Source: Candidatus Hodarchaeota archaeon (GTDB lineage: Archaea; Asgardarchaeota; Lokiarchaeia; Sigyniarchaeales; SOKP01). Taken from it: a DNA stretch of 64,000 nt. Made by a program: the position numbers and the translations under genes. Shown piece after piece: positions 20,470 to 30,547 of this stretch. The DNA lies in contig JBHLKM010000004.1 in the NCBI GenBank assembly GCA_048886685.1, positions 18,486-82,485 on the forward strand. The letters are read 5' to 3'. The first letter of the stretch is position 1, and each line of letters opens with the position of its first letter. The notes under the pieces were generated by a model. The model worked only from the letters and a program-made list of their open reading frames with translations. It ran no database searches and was not told the DNA's origin.

Positions 20470-21783
20470 TTGCTTGAGAATTCATTTTATATAGAAACTT
20501 ATGGTTGTGCTTCAAATAAAGCAGATTCGTATATTATTTCAACAATTTTAACAAATTCAGGTTATGTTCAGGCAAAGTTAGAAGATGCTCAATTCCTAAT
20601 TATTAATACTTGTGCAGTAAAGGAACAAACAGAAAACAAGATAAAGGAACGATTGAAAAACTTACATCAATTATATCGCAATAAGCCTAATAGATATGTT
20701 ATAATTGCTGGGTGTTTACCCCACATCACTCCCGATTATATCAATATCATCCGAAGGATTATTCCGTCATTTTCAGCTATAATTGATCTAGATAATTTTA
20801 AAGAGCTTCCAGAGATATTTAACAAAATCAAATTCGGTAATAAAAATCAAATTTTTAAATCAGAAAGATCAATTGATAAAGCTGAAATTTTAATAAATCA
20901 TCCCGTTGGAAAAATTACTGGCATTGTTCCAATATCAGAAGGATGTCTTGGTTCCTGTACTTACTGTTGCGTAAAACATGCAAGAGGAGAATTAAATTGT
21001 TACAATCCTGAAAAAATAGTCCAAAATGTTAAATATCAATTAAAACAAGGAATTAAACAGGTTTATTTAACTTCCCAAGATTGTAGTATTTATCAATATG
21101 ATGGCACTCAGTTATCAGGTTTAATAAAAGATGTTGTTAGTTTGGATTTTAAATTTTATTTAAGAATTGGAATGATTAATCCAAGTTTTTTAATCGACAA
21201 TACAGATCAGTTGATATCAATTTTCAAACAACCAAAAGTATATCAATTTTTACATATACCTATTCAATCTGGAAGTAATAAGATTCTTAAAGAGATGCAA
21301 AGAAAATATCTAATTTCTGATATAATAGATAAGCTTGAACTTTTAAGAGATAAATTTCCTTACCTTACAATTTCAACAGATATCATTTGTGGATTCCCCG
21401 GTGAAACAGAATACGATTTCTATAGGACTATTAATTTTATCAAGTGGTTGAAGCCTGAAATTCTGAATATTTCAAAATTTACACCAAGACCTGGCACAAA
21501 AGCAAAAGATATGAAACAATTGGACAGCAAAACAATAAAAGAAAGGTCAATAAGGTTATCGAATGTTTTTAGGAATAGTCTGAAGCGGATAAATAATTCT
21601 TGGGAAGGATGGGAAGGAGAAATCTTATTATTGCATGAGGGAGCTGAGAAATATCAAGCTTTTGGTAGAAATTTCGCTTATAAAAATGTATTTATCAATA
21701 ATTATAAAGGTAAATTCGGTAAATTTGTTAATGTTAAAATAGAAAAAGTAAATGGATTTAATCTATTTGCAAAAATAAAATAA
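20470..21783 (+). CDS. tRNA methylthiotransferase (MiaB/MtaB family, probably t6A37 e-MtaB)
   Basis: UPF0004 domain ETYGCASN, NTCAVK, AGC; radical SAM CLGSCTYC; TDIICGFPGET; TRAM-like C-terminus. Confidence 0.9.
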   Translation: MLENSFYIETYGCASNKADSYIISTILTNSGYVQAKLEDAQFLIINTCAVKEQTENKIKERLKNLHQLYRNKPNRYVIIAGCLPHITPDYINIIRRIIPSFSAIIDLDNFKELPEIFNKIKFGNKNQIFKSERSIDKAEILINHPVGKITGIVPISEGCLGSCTYCCVKHARGELNCYNPEKIVQNVKYQLKQGIKQVYLTSQDCSIYQYDGTQLSGLIKDVVSLDFKFYLRIGMINPSFLIDNTDQLISIFKQPKVYQFLHIPIQSGSNKILKEMQRKYLISDIIDKLELLRDKFPYLTISTDIICGFPGETEYDFYRTINFIKWLKPEILNISKFTPRPGTKAKDMKQLDSKTIKERSIRLSNVFRNSLKRINNSWEGWEGEILLLHEGAEKYQAFGRNFAYKNVFINNYKGKFGKFVNVKIEKVNGFNLFAKIK

Positions 21784-21796
21784 AGAAATTTTAATT

Positions 21797-22696
21797 TCAT
21801 AACTTAAAAGCTTCTAACGCCTTTTTAGTGACAATTTCTCCCCATTCTTGCACAAAATGACTGGCATCTTGAATTTCTAATGGTTCAGGGATGTTTGGGA
21901 TCATATCCCTTAAAATCTGCATCATGGGTGGTCCAAGTATGGGATCTGCCATACCAATTGCCATAAAAGATTCACCAGTCCATTCATTTTGGTACCAATC
22001 TCGAGCCTTTCTTGATATTTCAGCTCCAGGGGCATCATAACTTGTTGGTACTAATTGAGGAAATCTCCTGACTCCTGCTTTATAATTAATGTCAATAAAA
22101 GGAGCATCATACGCAGCAACCTCTTCAGGACTCAAGTGGCGGGTCACGCTTTTAATTAAACGCCCTGAATCAACATCAGGAGTTCTACTCATAAATTCTC
22201 GAAATGCTTTAAATCCATCAGAAATACCAAAATCACCTGTTGCTAATATTGTATTCATAATTAGTAAACGTTTGAATCTATTTGGAAATTCCATTGGTAA
22301 AGTAAGTCCAAAAATTCCCCCCCAATCTTGACCAACAAGTGTTATATTATCCAAATCTAACAATTTTATGAATTCTATAAGTGAGTTTCTGTGAAAATCA
22401 AAAGTATAAATCTCATCCTTAACCGGTTTATCAGACCTCCCAAATCCAAAAAAATCTGGAGCAACCACGCGATACCCCCCTTCTAAGAAAATAGGGATCA
22501 TTCTACGGTACAAAAAACTCCATGTAGGTTCCCCATGAAGACAAAGAAATACTTCATTAGAATCTTTTAGTCCTTCATCATAATAACACATTCTTAAATC
22601 TTCGTATCCTTTAAGATCTTCAATATAATGAGGTTCATAAGGAAAGTCAGGAATATTATCAAACCGTTCTTCTGGAGTTCTTAAAAATTCAATCAT
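21797..22696 (-). CDS. Haloalkane dehalogenase (DhlA-like)
   Basis: LRTPEERF, LHGEPTWSFLYR, GFGRSDKP, QDWGG nucleophile, HFVQE. Confidence 0.9.
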   Translation of the reverse strand: MIEFLRTPEERFDNIPDFPYEPHYIEDLKGYEDLRMCYYDEGLKDSNEVFLCLHGEPTWSFLYRRMIPIFLEGGYRVVAPDFFGFGRSDKPVKDEIYTFDFHRNSLIEFIKLLDLDNITLVGQDWGGIFGLTLPMEFPNRFKRLLIMNTILATGDFGISDGFKAFREFMSRTPDVDSGRLIKSVTRHLSPEEVAAYDAPFIDINYKAGVRRFPQLVPTSYDAPGAEISRKARDWYQNEWTGESFMAIGMADPILGPPMMQILRDMIPNIPEPLEIQDASHFVQEWGEIVTKKALEAFKL

Positions 22697-22792
22697 ATAA
22701 GATCAACAGATAATAACTATATTATATTTTGAAATATGTTTGCATATTAAATGAGTTAATCTCATATTAAATTTTTCAAGAGAGACTGGATT

Positions 22793-23959
22793 ATGACAAA
22801 GAAATTATATTGGGATGATCAATATGAAACTAAGTTTATCGCAAAAGTAATTTCCATCAAAGAACATGGTGTCATACTTGATAAAACTCTATTCTATCCT
22901 GAAAGTGGAAATCAATTAAGCGATAGGGGATATATCAAAGTTAAAGACTTTAAATTTAAGATTGAAAAAGTTAGTAAGGATAATGATGATATTACACTTC
23001 ATATTGTTCCAGATTTAAAAGATAAAATCAATATAGGAGATAAAGTCGAGGGTGAAATTGATTGGCAATATCGATATGGTTTAATGAAAGCACACTCATC
23101 TCAACATGTTTTCTCCGCGGTTTTAAAAGAAAAATATAATATTGATACGGAGCGCGCAATTCTTGATCATGAAGAAATATTCCTTCAGATATCACAAAAA
23201 TTAGAATATACTCAATTAAAAGAAGTATTATATAAAGTAAATAGTATTTGTACCTCAAATAATTATAAAATAAGCACAGAGGTTATACCTTATACTAAGG
23301 CTCAAGAAATAGCTGATAAGATAAGAGGTCAAATCCCGAATGAACCTCAAGTTCGTTTAATAGAAATTGAAAATCTCGATCGAGTCTGCTGTGGAGGGAC
23401 TCATGTTCATAATACAACAGAAATTGGACCTTTATATGTTTATGATTTCAAAAAAGGGAATGAGATTAGATATTATGTAGGAAATAAAGCAATTCTGAAT
23501 AATTCCAATATTAATGTTAACTTGATTAATCTTGCAAATAGCTTGAACATCCCAGTTTTGAAAGTGCGAGAAATCGTCAAAAAACGTTTGGAACTCCTTG
23601 AAGATACCCAAAATCGGCAGAAAGATTTGATATTTAAATATCTACATGTTATTTCAAAATTACCATATAAAATAACTGAAGATTACTCTTTATTTTACCT
23701 CGATTTTGATATAGATATAAAAATTTTAAATAAATCTTTAGGCAATTTTCCTGAAAATTCCCTTTTAATTGTAGAGATGGGAAATAATAAAATAAGAGTA
23801 CTTTCGATGAGCAAAAAAGTTGATGCAAATGATCTTTTGCAGAAATTGATCAATAAATATAAAGGAAAGGGAGGGGGAAATCCCAAGTCCGCTCAGGTAG
23901 AGTTGGAAGAAATGCCTGAAAATCTTTTATCTGAAATAGAAAAAATTTTGATAAAATAA
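22793..23959 (+). CDS. alaX: AlaX-type alanyl-tRNA editing protein with C-terminal DHHA1 domain
   Basis: LDKTLFYPESGNQLSDRG, HSSQH and CGGTH zinc motifs, KGGGNPKSAQ. Confidence 0.88.
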   Translation: MTKKLYWDDQYETKFIAKVISIKEHGVILDKTLFYPESGNQLSDRGYIKVKDFKFKIEKVSKDNDDITLHIVPDLKDKINIGDKVEGEIDWQYRYGLMKAHSSQHVFSAVLKEKYNIDTERAILDHEEIFLQISQKLEYTQLKEVLYKVNSICTSNNYKISTEVIPYTKAQEIADKIRGQIPNEPQVRLIEIENLDRVCCGGTHVHNTTEIGPLYVYDFKKGNEIRYYVGNKAILNNSNINVNLINLANSLNIPVLKVREIVKKRLELLEDTQNRQKDLIFKYLHVISKLPYKITEDYSLFYLDFDIDIKILNKSLGNFPENSLLIVEMGNNKIRVLSMSKKVDANDLLQKLINKYKGKGGGNPKSAQVELEEMPENLLSEIEKILIK

Positions 23960-23969
23960 AAAAAGAGGA

Positions 23970-24854
23970 TTATTGAAATCCATGCTTCTCTAAAAAGGCA
24001 GTTAGCCTTGTACGGTGGAAATTTAATCCTAAAGATTTAGGATCTTCCCCAAAAACGAGTGCTAATAATTCAGTCACGTATAAAACAGGGATACCAAAAG
24101 TTTGTTCATTAATTTTTTCTGCTTTTTTCTGATTATTATCAAATTGTTGATAACACGCAGGGCAGTTTACAATTAAAGCTTCAGCACCAGCATTCATAGC
24201 GCTTGTTAATTTATTTGCTAATATTTGCATTGCTGGTTCTTCTTCAGTATTTCCAACTCCAGTTCCACAACAAAGAGATTCTTCCTCGTAGTCAACTGGA
24301 ATTGCTCCAGCAGCAGCAACGACTTCTCTTAGTTTTACCGGTTTCATAGGATCATCGGTTTGTACTTTTTCAGACGGTCGGTTATAATGACAACCAGTAT
24401 GACAAGCAACTTTTAATCCTGATATATCTTTAGTTATATTCTCTTTTATTTTTTCAATTGAATCGTGTAAAACTTCTACAAAATGCTTCACATCTACTGT
24501 ACCTTTGAATTCCTTTCCTATGGTCTTTAGTAATTTATTTATTTTCTCTTTTTCATGATCGTCATGTTTTAATTCTTCATTGACAAGTTTAAGAGTCTGA
24601 AAACATCCATTACATAAAGAAATGATGTCCTTTCCTTCACTTTCGGCAATTGTAAGATTTCTTGCTCCCATTGCCAACCAACTAAGATGATCAGTGCTAT
24701 TAAAACCAACTGGATCTGGACAACATGCAAATGCGGCATCAGAAGTGTTAATTCCTAGTTTTTCAAATACTTTTCTTGCAGATGCTTCAATAAATGGAAT
24801 TCTGTTACCAATGACACATCCTTGAAACATTTTATATTCTTCAGCTTTAGCCAT
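23970..24854 (-). CDS. hdrB: Heterodisulfide reductase subunit B-like (stand-alone copy)
   Basis: Two CCG domains: FQGC..CCPDP..CNGC and HTGCH..CCGTG..CPAC. Confidence 0.85.
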   Translation of the reverse strand: MAKAEEYKMFQGCVIGNRIPFIEASARKVFEKLGINTSDAAFACCPDPVGFNSTDHLSWLAMGARNLTIAESEGKDIISLCNGCFQTLKLVNEELKHDDHEKEKINKLLKTIGKEFKGTVDVKHFVEVLHDSIEKIKENITKDISGLKVACHTGCHYNRPSEKVQTDDPMKPVKLREVVAAAGAIPVDYEEESLCCGTGVGNTEEEPAMQILANKLTSAMNAGAEALIVNCPACYQQFDNNQKKAEKINEQTFGIPVLYVTELLALVFGEDPKSLGLNFHRTRLTAFLEKHGFQ

Positions 24855-25020
24855 AATATTTACACTTTTTTAGGGATAATTTTTGTTAATTAGTGTTTGT
24901 ATAATTTAATATTTAGATCTATTAAGAATTAATTAAAAAATTTGTTAAATAATTCAATAAATTCTATATTACACATACAAACAAAATAAATGCAGAAAAA
25001 AATAGTAAATATTTCTCTTA

Positions 25021-25452
25021 TTAATCCTTCTTTAATTTTAAACGTGCAATAATAGTAAGTAATATCCCCAAAAAACCATAACTACCATTAACTATTCCTA
25101 AGACAATACCTTCTAAATCTTCTACAATTGATCCTTCAAATATCCCTGTAATGAAGGCAATTATTAGACTAAGTAATCCCATACCAGCTCCAATACCGAT
25201 AATGAATTTTCCTAATCTATAATGATCCATCGCAACTATAAGAGCTCCGATGATAACAGATATTCCTCCCCCCATTGCTACATATGCTAAGATCTGTATA
25301 ACAAGGGAGACAATTTTAGCTACATCTTCTCCAACATCAGCTTCAATCAAACTAAATAGGGTTTCAAAGAAAGTTATACTGCCTACGACGGAGCTAATAA
25401 TCATTAAAATTCCGCCAATGATACATAATAAAATCCATTTTTTGTTTTCCAT
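25021..25452 (-). CDS. Gly-rich membrane protein (paralog of 26581..27132)
   Basis: IIGGILMIISS..GS, GGG, RLGK.IIG.G shared with its paralog. Confidence 0.75.
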   Translation of the reverse strand: MENKKWILLCIIGGILMIISSVVGSITFFETLFSLIEADVGEDVAKIVSLVIQILAYVAMGGGISVIIGALIVAMDHYRLGKFIIGIGAGMGLLSLIIAFITGIFEGSIVEDLEGIVLGIVNGSYGFLGILLTIIARLKLKKD

Positions 25453-25577
25453 TATTTAGTAAACCTTTTTCATTTAGATTTATTTAATTTAAATTGTACG
25501 AATAGAATATAAAAGCTTTTTAAATAATTCAATAGTTTTAAAGAATAGCTAGTTCCCTAATAAAAATCCTTGGAAAG

Positions 25578-26393
25578 TTAGTGTTCAATTCTTTCTGGAT
25601 GAGTATATATATTCATTCTCGCTCCACGTGCAAAACCTATTAAAGTTATTCCATAAGCAAAAGCTAATTTAATCCCTGATTCAATTGCAGCTGAGAATGA
25701 AGCCACAATTGGAATTTTTGCTCGTATCGCTTTTAATACTGAATCACTGGTGAGTCGTCCGGTTGAAGTTAAGAATATATTATCAAAGCTATTCTTTTTC
25801 AATAGCATTTCACCTATTACTTTATCAATCGCGTTATGTCTGCCAACATCTTCTTTTACAGATAATAAATTTCCTTTAAAATCAAAAATAGCTGCACCAT
25901 GGCATCCTCCTGTTTCTCGATATAGTGGAGTATTTGTTTGCATTTTCTTGATAGCAGAAAAAATGATATCAGACTTGAGTTTAATCGTATCTGCAGACCA
26001 TAGTTTCTCCTTTACTTTTGCTTCGTCTATTCTATTTTTAATTAATTTTCTCCAAGGTGATGATATACCACAAGTAGTATCAACAACTCTACTTACAGGA
26101 TTCATATTAATATCTTCAATTTTAAAGTCAACTGTATCTTGTAATTCGATAAAAATATTATTTTCCAAATCAGAGATTTCTATTGTTCTAATTTCATCAA
26201 CTGAATTTATTATGCCTACAGAAAATAAAAATCCAACAGCTAATTCTTTAAGATCTTTAGGTAAACAGATGATATTTACTAATGGTTCTGAATTTATAAG
26301 AATATCAACAGGACTTTCGATAAGAACCATATCCTCAATATTGCTTCTTTCTTCTTTTTTAATTCTAGTTATGTTTAATTTCCTTTTGAACAA
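25578..26393 (-). CDS. fdhD: Formate dehydrogenase accessory sulfurtransferase
   Basis: ELAVGFL, TTCG, TGGCHGAA, EDVGRHNAIDKVIG, TGRL, GFARG. Confidence 0.93.
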   Translation of the reverse strand: MFKRKLNITRIKKEERSNIEDMVLIESPVDILINSEPLVNIICLPKDLKELAVGFLFSVGIINSVDEIRTIEISDLENNIFIELQDTVDFKIEDINMNPVSRVVDTTCGISSPWRKLIKNRIDEAKVKEKLWSADTIKLKSDIIFSAIKKMQTNTPLYRETGGCHGAAIFDFKGNLLSVKEDVGRHNAIDKVIGEMLLKKNSFDNIFLTSTGRLTSDSVLKAIRAKIPIVASFSAAIESGIKLAFAYGITLIGFARGARMNIYTHPERIEH

Positions 26394-26580
26394 TAACCTT
26401 ACCTAAAGATGAGTTTCACTATTCTATTTTTAAAAAATTGGATAAATAAATAAAAGTTGTTTATATATTAAATAAATTCTATTGATAAATGAAAAGATTT
26501 GTGTTATTATTCAAAAGGAATGTCCGTTTTATTAAGTAAATTTATATGAAGAGGTAAGGATGATAAGGAATTGACTGGTG

Positions 26581-27132
26581 TTAGCTTTCTGAAGACTCTG
26601 GAGTAAGAGATTCACGTTCCTGAAATTCATCACCTATTTCTCCCTCTTCTGATAATTCAGCTTTTTTCTTTTCTTTTTTAGGTTTTCTAATGAAATTCCG
26701 TCCAACAAGGGCAATCCCAACCCCAATAAATTGTAAACCTACTCCATATGTAAAAAATCCTTTAAGCCTATCCAAATAAGCTATAATTTGTGGATCTGTA
26801 ATAATATCTGTAGCATGGACTATTTCTGAAATAAGCCAAACAATTAGGGCTAGTGAACCAAATGTTAGACCAACTCCAATTATCCATTTTCCTAATCTAA
26901 TTTGCTTCAAAATTACTAGGATTGCACCAATGATTATTGCACCACCGCCCCAGTCTGCGATGACTTTTATGACGAACAATATAGCTCTCAATAATGGTAT
27001 TAAATCTGGATGTACTTCTCCGGAAATGAAATCGTATAAAAACTCGTATATTCCTATACTACCAACCGCAGAACTTATGATCATCAATATTCCCCCAATG
27101 ATCAATAAGGTTAATCCTGTTTTATTCCTCAT
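26581..27132 (-). CDS. Gly-rich membrane protein (paralog of 25021..25452)
   Basis: Same TM pattern and motifs as its paralog. Confidence 0.75.
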   Translation of the reverse strand: MRNKTGLTLLIIGGILMIISSAVGSIGIYEFLYDFISGEVHPDLIPLLRAILFVIKVIADWGGGAIIIGAILVILKQIRLGKWIIGVGLTFGSLALIVWLISEIVHATDIITDPQIIAYLDRLKGFFTYGVGLQFIGVGIALVGRNFIRKPKKEKKKAELSEEGEIGDEFQERESLTPESSES

Positions 27133-27230
27133 AATATTGATTACTCGCTATTGTATTTAATCTTATAATTATCATTTATCGATTAAAAATAATTATTAAT
27201 ATAGATTATAAATCGTACTAAAAAAATATA

Positions 27231-27929
27231 GTGCAAAATATGAAATTTAATGGTCCCATTTTTGAAGAAAGGACTACAGCTATTCGTCAGATTTCTCAAA
27301 TGGATACTTCTCCATTAAGAAAACACATTAGATATTGTAAAAAAAGAATATTCCCTCAATTGGAAAGTAAAGGTGCAAAAATTATATGTTTACTTCAAGG
27401 AATTATTGGAACTCCGAATAACGTTTTCATACAAATAACACGTTATTCTGATATTAAAGCATATTATAATATCCAAACTGAGATAATGAGAAAGGAAGAA
27501 GATTTAATTGAAAGTGAACAAGTGAAGTTATTGAGAGCGATCACATCCCGACCTAAAGATCCTTTTCCTATAGCTGATCATCGTCCATTTTATTCTAATA
27601 GGGTATTTTTAGTCAACAAAAAAGATATTGAACTATGCGCAGATTTAACCGACAAAAAGGTGTGGCCCCTTTATGAAGCATGGGGTGTTAGTGTTCTTGG
27701 ACTATTTTCTTCACTTACATATGAAGTTTTACATGAGATTAAACTGTTTGCAGGTTACAATTCAATAGCACACTGGGAAGAAACTCGCAATTTAACTGGA
27801 TCAAAACCTAAAGATATTGAAGAAATTGTTTGGGAAGAAGGAAAAAAAGCGGTTTTTAAACGAGCAGAGCTCATAATAAAAAGTAATGTCTCCTTGATGA
27901 GAACTGTTTATCTTCCTGATAACAAATAA
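27231..27929 (+). CDS. NIPSNAP-like tandem ferredoxin-fold protein
   Basis: Two repeats (IFPQLESKGAKII.. / VWPLYEAWGVSVLGLF..YNSIAHWEETR). Confidence 0.6.
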   Translation: MQNMKFNGPIFEERTTAIRQISQMDTSPLRKHIRYCKKRIFPQLESKGAKIICLLQGIIGTPNNVFIQITRYSDIKAYYNIQTEIMRKEEDLIESEQVKLLRAITSRPKDPFPIADHRPFYSNRVFLVNKKDIELCADLTDKKVWPLYEAWGVSVLGLFSSLTYEVLHEIKLFAGYNSIAHWEETRNLTGSKPKDIEEIVWEEGKKAVFKRAELIIKSNVSLMRTVYLPDNK

Positions 27930-27963
27930 AAGTTATAAAACTAAGAATACGATTTTAAAACAA

Positions 27964-28815
27964 TTAAGCAGCAATAAATAATCTGCCGTTAGAACTATTT
28001 GAGATTTCTCCAGTTTTTTTATCAATTTTAGAATGGTTTTTTTCAACAGAATGGTCTCCGCTATATTCAATGAACTTTCCAGTTATTTTATCTCCATTCA
28101 TTAATTCGATTTCTTTTACTTCCCCAATTTTCTTATAAGATGGAAGTACTTTTGACACTTTACCTTTAACTACAATTGTTCCTCTGACTTGATCTGCGCC
28201 TACACATCGATTGCAGTCTCCTTCAACAATAATTGTCCCTCCATGACCGTGAATTCCTAAAAAAGATCCGGCGCTTCCACATATCAATGTTGGGAATCGG
28301 TTTCCAGGCTTTGAACCATTAACCCATGTTAAAGCTTCGTCACCTATTTTACCATGGACTTTTATTATTCCATTTTGCATTCCTTTCCAAAAACCTCTAT
28401 AAGCAGCACCAACATAATGACCTGCATTACCAGTAATCTCTAATTCACCACCATTTAACATTGCACCAGCCCAATCATCAGCATTCCCATTAACTGTTAT
28501 TTTACCACCTGTCATTTGATTGCCAACATGCATGCCTACATCTCCATTTACAAATATTTCACCCGCACTCATTTTTTCACCGATACGTTTAACGTTGGAA
28601 AGGTTACCATCTAATGTAATTTTCAAATCCGCTATTTCTCCCGATTTTCCAGATATATCAAAAAAATCGCCTAATATTTTTTCTTCATTACCATGAAAAA
28701 CAGTTAATTTCTTGATTTCCGCTAGAGTTTTCCCAGCGAATTGATCTGGACTAATAACATCTGCTTCTAAAGGAAATTCATGATCTTTTTTTAGTTTTAA
28801 TTTAATTTCTGTCAT
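27964..28815 (-). CDS. fwdC: Formylmethanofuran dehydrogenase subunit C
   Basis: PLEADVISPD, repeated GxxMxGGxIxVxG beta-helix. Confidence 0.92.
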   Translation of the reverse strand: MTEIKLKLKKDHEFPLEADVISPDQFAGKTLAEIKKLTVFHGNEEKILGDFFDISGKSGEIADLKITLDGNLSNVKRIGEKMSAGEIFVNGDVGMHVGNQMTGGKITVNGNADDWAGAMLNGGELEITGNAGHYVGAAYRGFWKGMQNGIIKVHGKIGDEALTWVNGSKPGNRFPTLICGSAGSFLGIHGHGGTIIVEGDCNRCVGADQVRGTIVVKGKVSKVLPSYKKIGEVKEIELMNGDKITGKFIEYSGDHSVEKNHSKIDKKTGEISNSSNGRLFIAA

Positions 28816-28818
28816 TGA

Positions 28819-30144
28819 TTACTCCCCCTTTTTCTTTTTTACAACCTCAATTAATCTTTCCAATATCTCTTTATCTGTTAAACATTCACCAGGAGCATCT
28901 TTTACTTTTCTCAATCTAAGAGGAACACTATCCATTCGATATGCTGTTCCTTCACATTCAATTCCAGCAATAGCAGGAGGCAATATAACATCCGCATTTA
29001 CAGAAGTTGGAGTATGATGAGGTTCAATTGAGATTAAAGGATGTTTAAACATATTTTTAACCGCTGCTGCTGGAAAATTGCTTGCAGGATCGGATGCTAC
29101 GATTAAAGAAGCGTCAATTTCATTTCTTATCAATACATCAACTGATGAGAATTCTCCGGGATTATATCGGGGATAACCTCTTGAAAAGTCAATAGAATAT
29201 GAATATCCTGTTTGCCATGAGAAAACTTGGTTTGCTCCAGCAACATTGTAATGTCCTCTCATCGGAGTTAACAAAAATTTAGTATAATCGTTTAATTCCC
29301 TTACCAAACAAATTGCCGCGTCGATATTTCTATGGTGGGAAAGAGATTGAGTTAATCCCATCCCGAAAAATATAACACCGAAATTACAAGATTTTAATTT
29401 ATTGACTAGTTCAATAATATTTTCCATAGGGACTCCTGAAACTTCTTCTCCATCCAATTCTGTGCCCCTAAGAATAGCTCTGATTGCATTAATTAGTTCG
29501 TAATCTTCACTTGGGTTTACTTGAACGAATAAATCCGCTATTTGAGCAGTGTGAGTGTTTCTTGGATCAACAACTATTATAAATCTATCATTTCTTCCAT
29601 CTTTTCTAAAATATCCTCTTACAAACTCACTGTATCTACCAAGATGTCTAGGATGAGCATGAACCGGATTACAACCCCAAAAAACTACAAGATCTGCCCT
29701 ATTCTTATATTCTCCTAATGTTGAGGTAGGGGCTCCAACATCTTGAATTGCTAATAATGATGGACCATGACATACAGAAGCAGTGTTATCTAATATAGCA
29801 CCTAAAACTTCTGCTAATTCTACTCCTTTACCTTGAGCTTCACATTCTGTACTAGAAAAACCATATAACAAGGGTCTTTTCGCTTCTATTAAAATATCTG
29901 CTGCTTTATTCAGTGCATCTTCCCACGATACTTCTTTATAAGACCCATTTTCCTTAATCAAGGGTTTTTCATATCGATGTTCACTAGGATTTGAGGCAAA
30001 GTATTTTTTTGTGCCTATTTGGCAACCATTTCTAACTTCTACCACTTTATTATCTTTAGTGTCAACATCTACTTCCAAATCATCGCATAAAGTTCCACAA
30101 AAAGGACAAACTACATCAGTTATTGTATTAATTTTTACTACCAT
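28819..30144 (-). CDS. fwdB: Formylmethanofuran dehydrogenase subunit B (Cys form)
   Basis: CPFCGTLCDD, TASVCHGP, WGCNPVHAHPRH, MRGHYNV, GTAYRMD. Confidence 0.95.
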   Translation of the reverse strand: MVVKINTITDVVCPFCGTLCDDLEVDVDTKDNKVVEVRNGCQIGTKKYFASNPSEHRYEKPLIKENGSYKEVSWEDALNKAADILIEAKRPLLYGFSSTECEAQGKGVELAEVLGAILDNTASVCHGPSLLAIQDVGAPTSTLGEYKNRADLVVFWGCNPVHAHPRHLGRYSEFVRGYFRKDGRNDRFIIVVDPRNTHTAQIADLFVQVNPSEDYELINAIRAILRGTELDGEEVSGVPMENIIELVNKLKSCNFGVIFFGMGLTQSLSHHRNIDAAICLVRELNDYTKFLLTPMRGHYNVAGANQVFSWQTGYSYSIDFSRGYPRYNPGEFSSVDVLIRNEIDASLIVASDPASNFPAAAVKNMFKHPLISIEPHHTPTSVNADVILPPAIAGIECEGTAYRMDSVPLRLRKVKDAPGECLTDKEILERLIEVVKKKKGE

Positions 30145-30146
30145 TC

Positions 30147-30542
30147 TTAAGCCCCCTTTAAAGTATTAATTAATTCCACGGCACCTAATACCTTACCATT
30201 TGGAATAGCTTCAACAGTTGCTTTCATACCTTTATAAGTTGGGGTTCCACAGGATTGCGAGTCGGGATTAACAACTTGATTTGCCCATGGTCCCATAGGA
30301 ATAAAAATAATCCCAGGATGAGGTCCTTCTTCCGAGATTGTAGAATATACTAAGACCTCTCCATAATCTGTAATAACCTTTACGGGGGTTCCTACAAGGC
30401 AATCCAATTTTTTAAAATCTTCCTTATCAAAAGCGCAGATTGCAGCTGCTCTTACGTTTTCTCTAGAGGTTTTTCCACCTTCAAGGGCGACCCCTTGATC
30501 AATGGTGCGGCAAGTAATCAAAATAAGATTATTTATAATCAT
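30147..30542 (-). CDS. fwdD: Formylmethanofuran dehydrogenase subunit D
   Basis: RTIDQG, FIPMGPWAN, GTPTYKG. Confidence 0.9.
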   Translation of the reverse strand: MIINNLILITCRTIDQGVALEGGKTSRENVRAAAICAFDKEDFKKLDCLVGTPVKVITDYGEVLVYSTISEEGPHPGIIFIPMGPWANQVVNPDSQSCGTPTYKGMKATVEAIPNGKVLGAVELINTLKGA

Positions 30543-30547
30543 TTTTT

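Noticed and set aside
25750-26406. 218-aa plus-strand ORF and other antisense/overlapping ORFs in the track (e.g. 38972..39346, 47454..47843, 49556..49924, 52491..52859)
   Set aside because: They are shadow frames of well-supported genes, with no motifs and Ser/Ile/Phe-rich antisense composition
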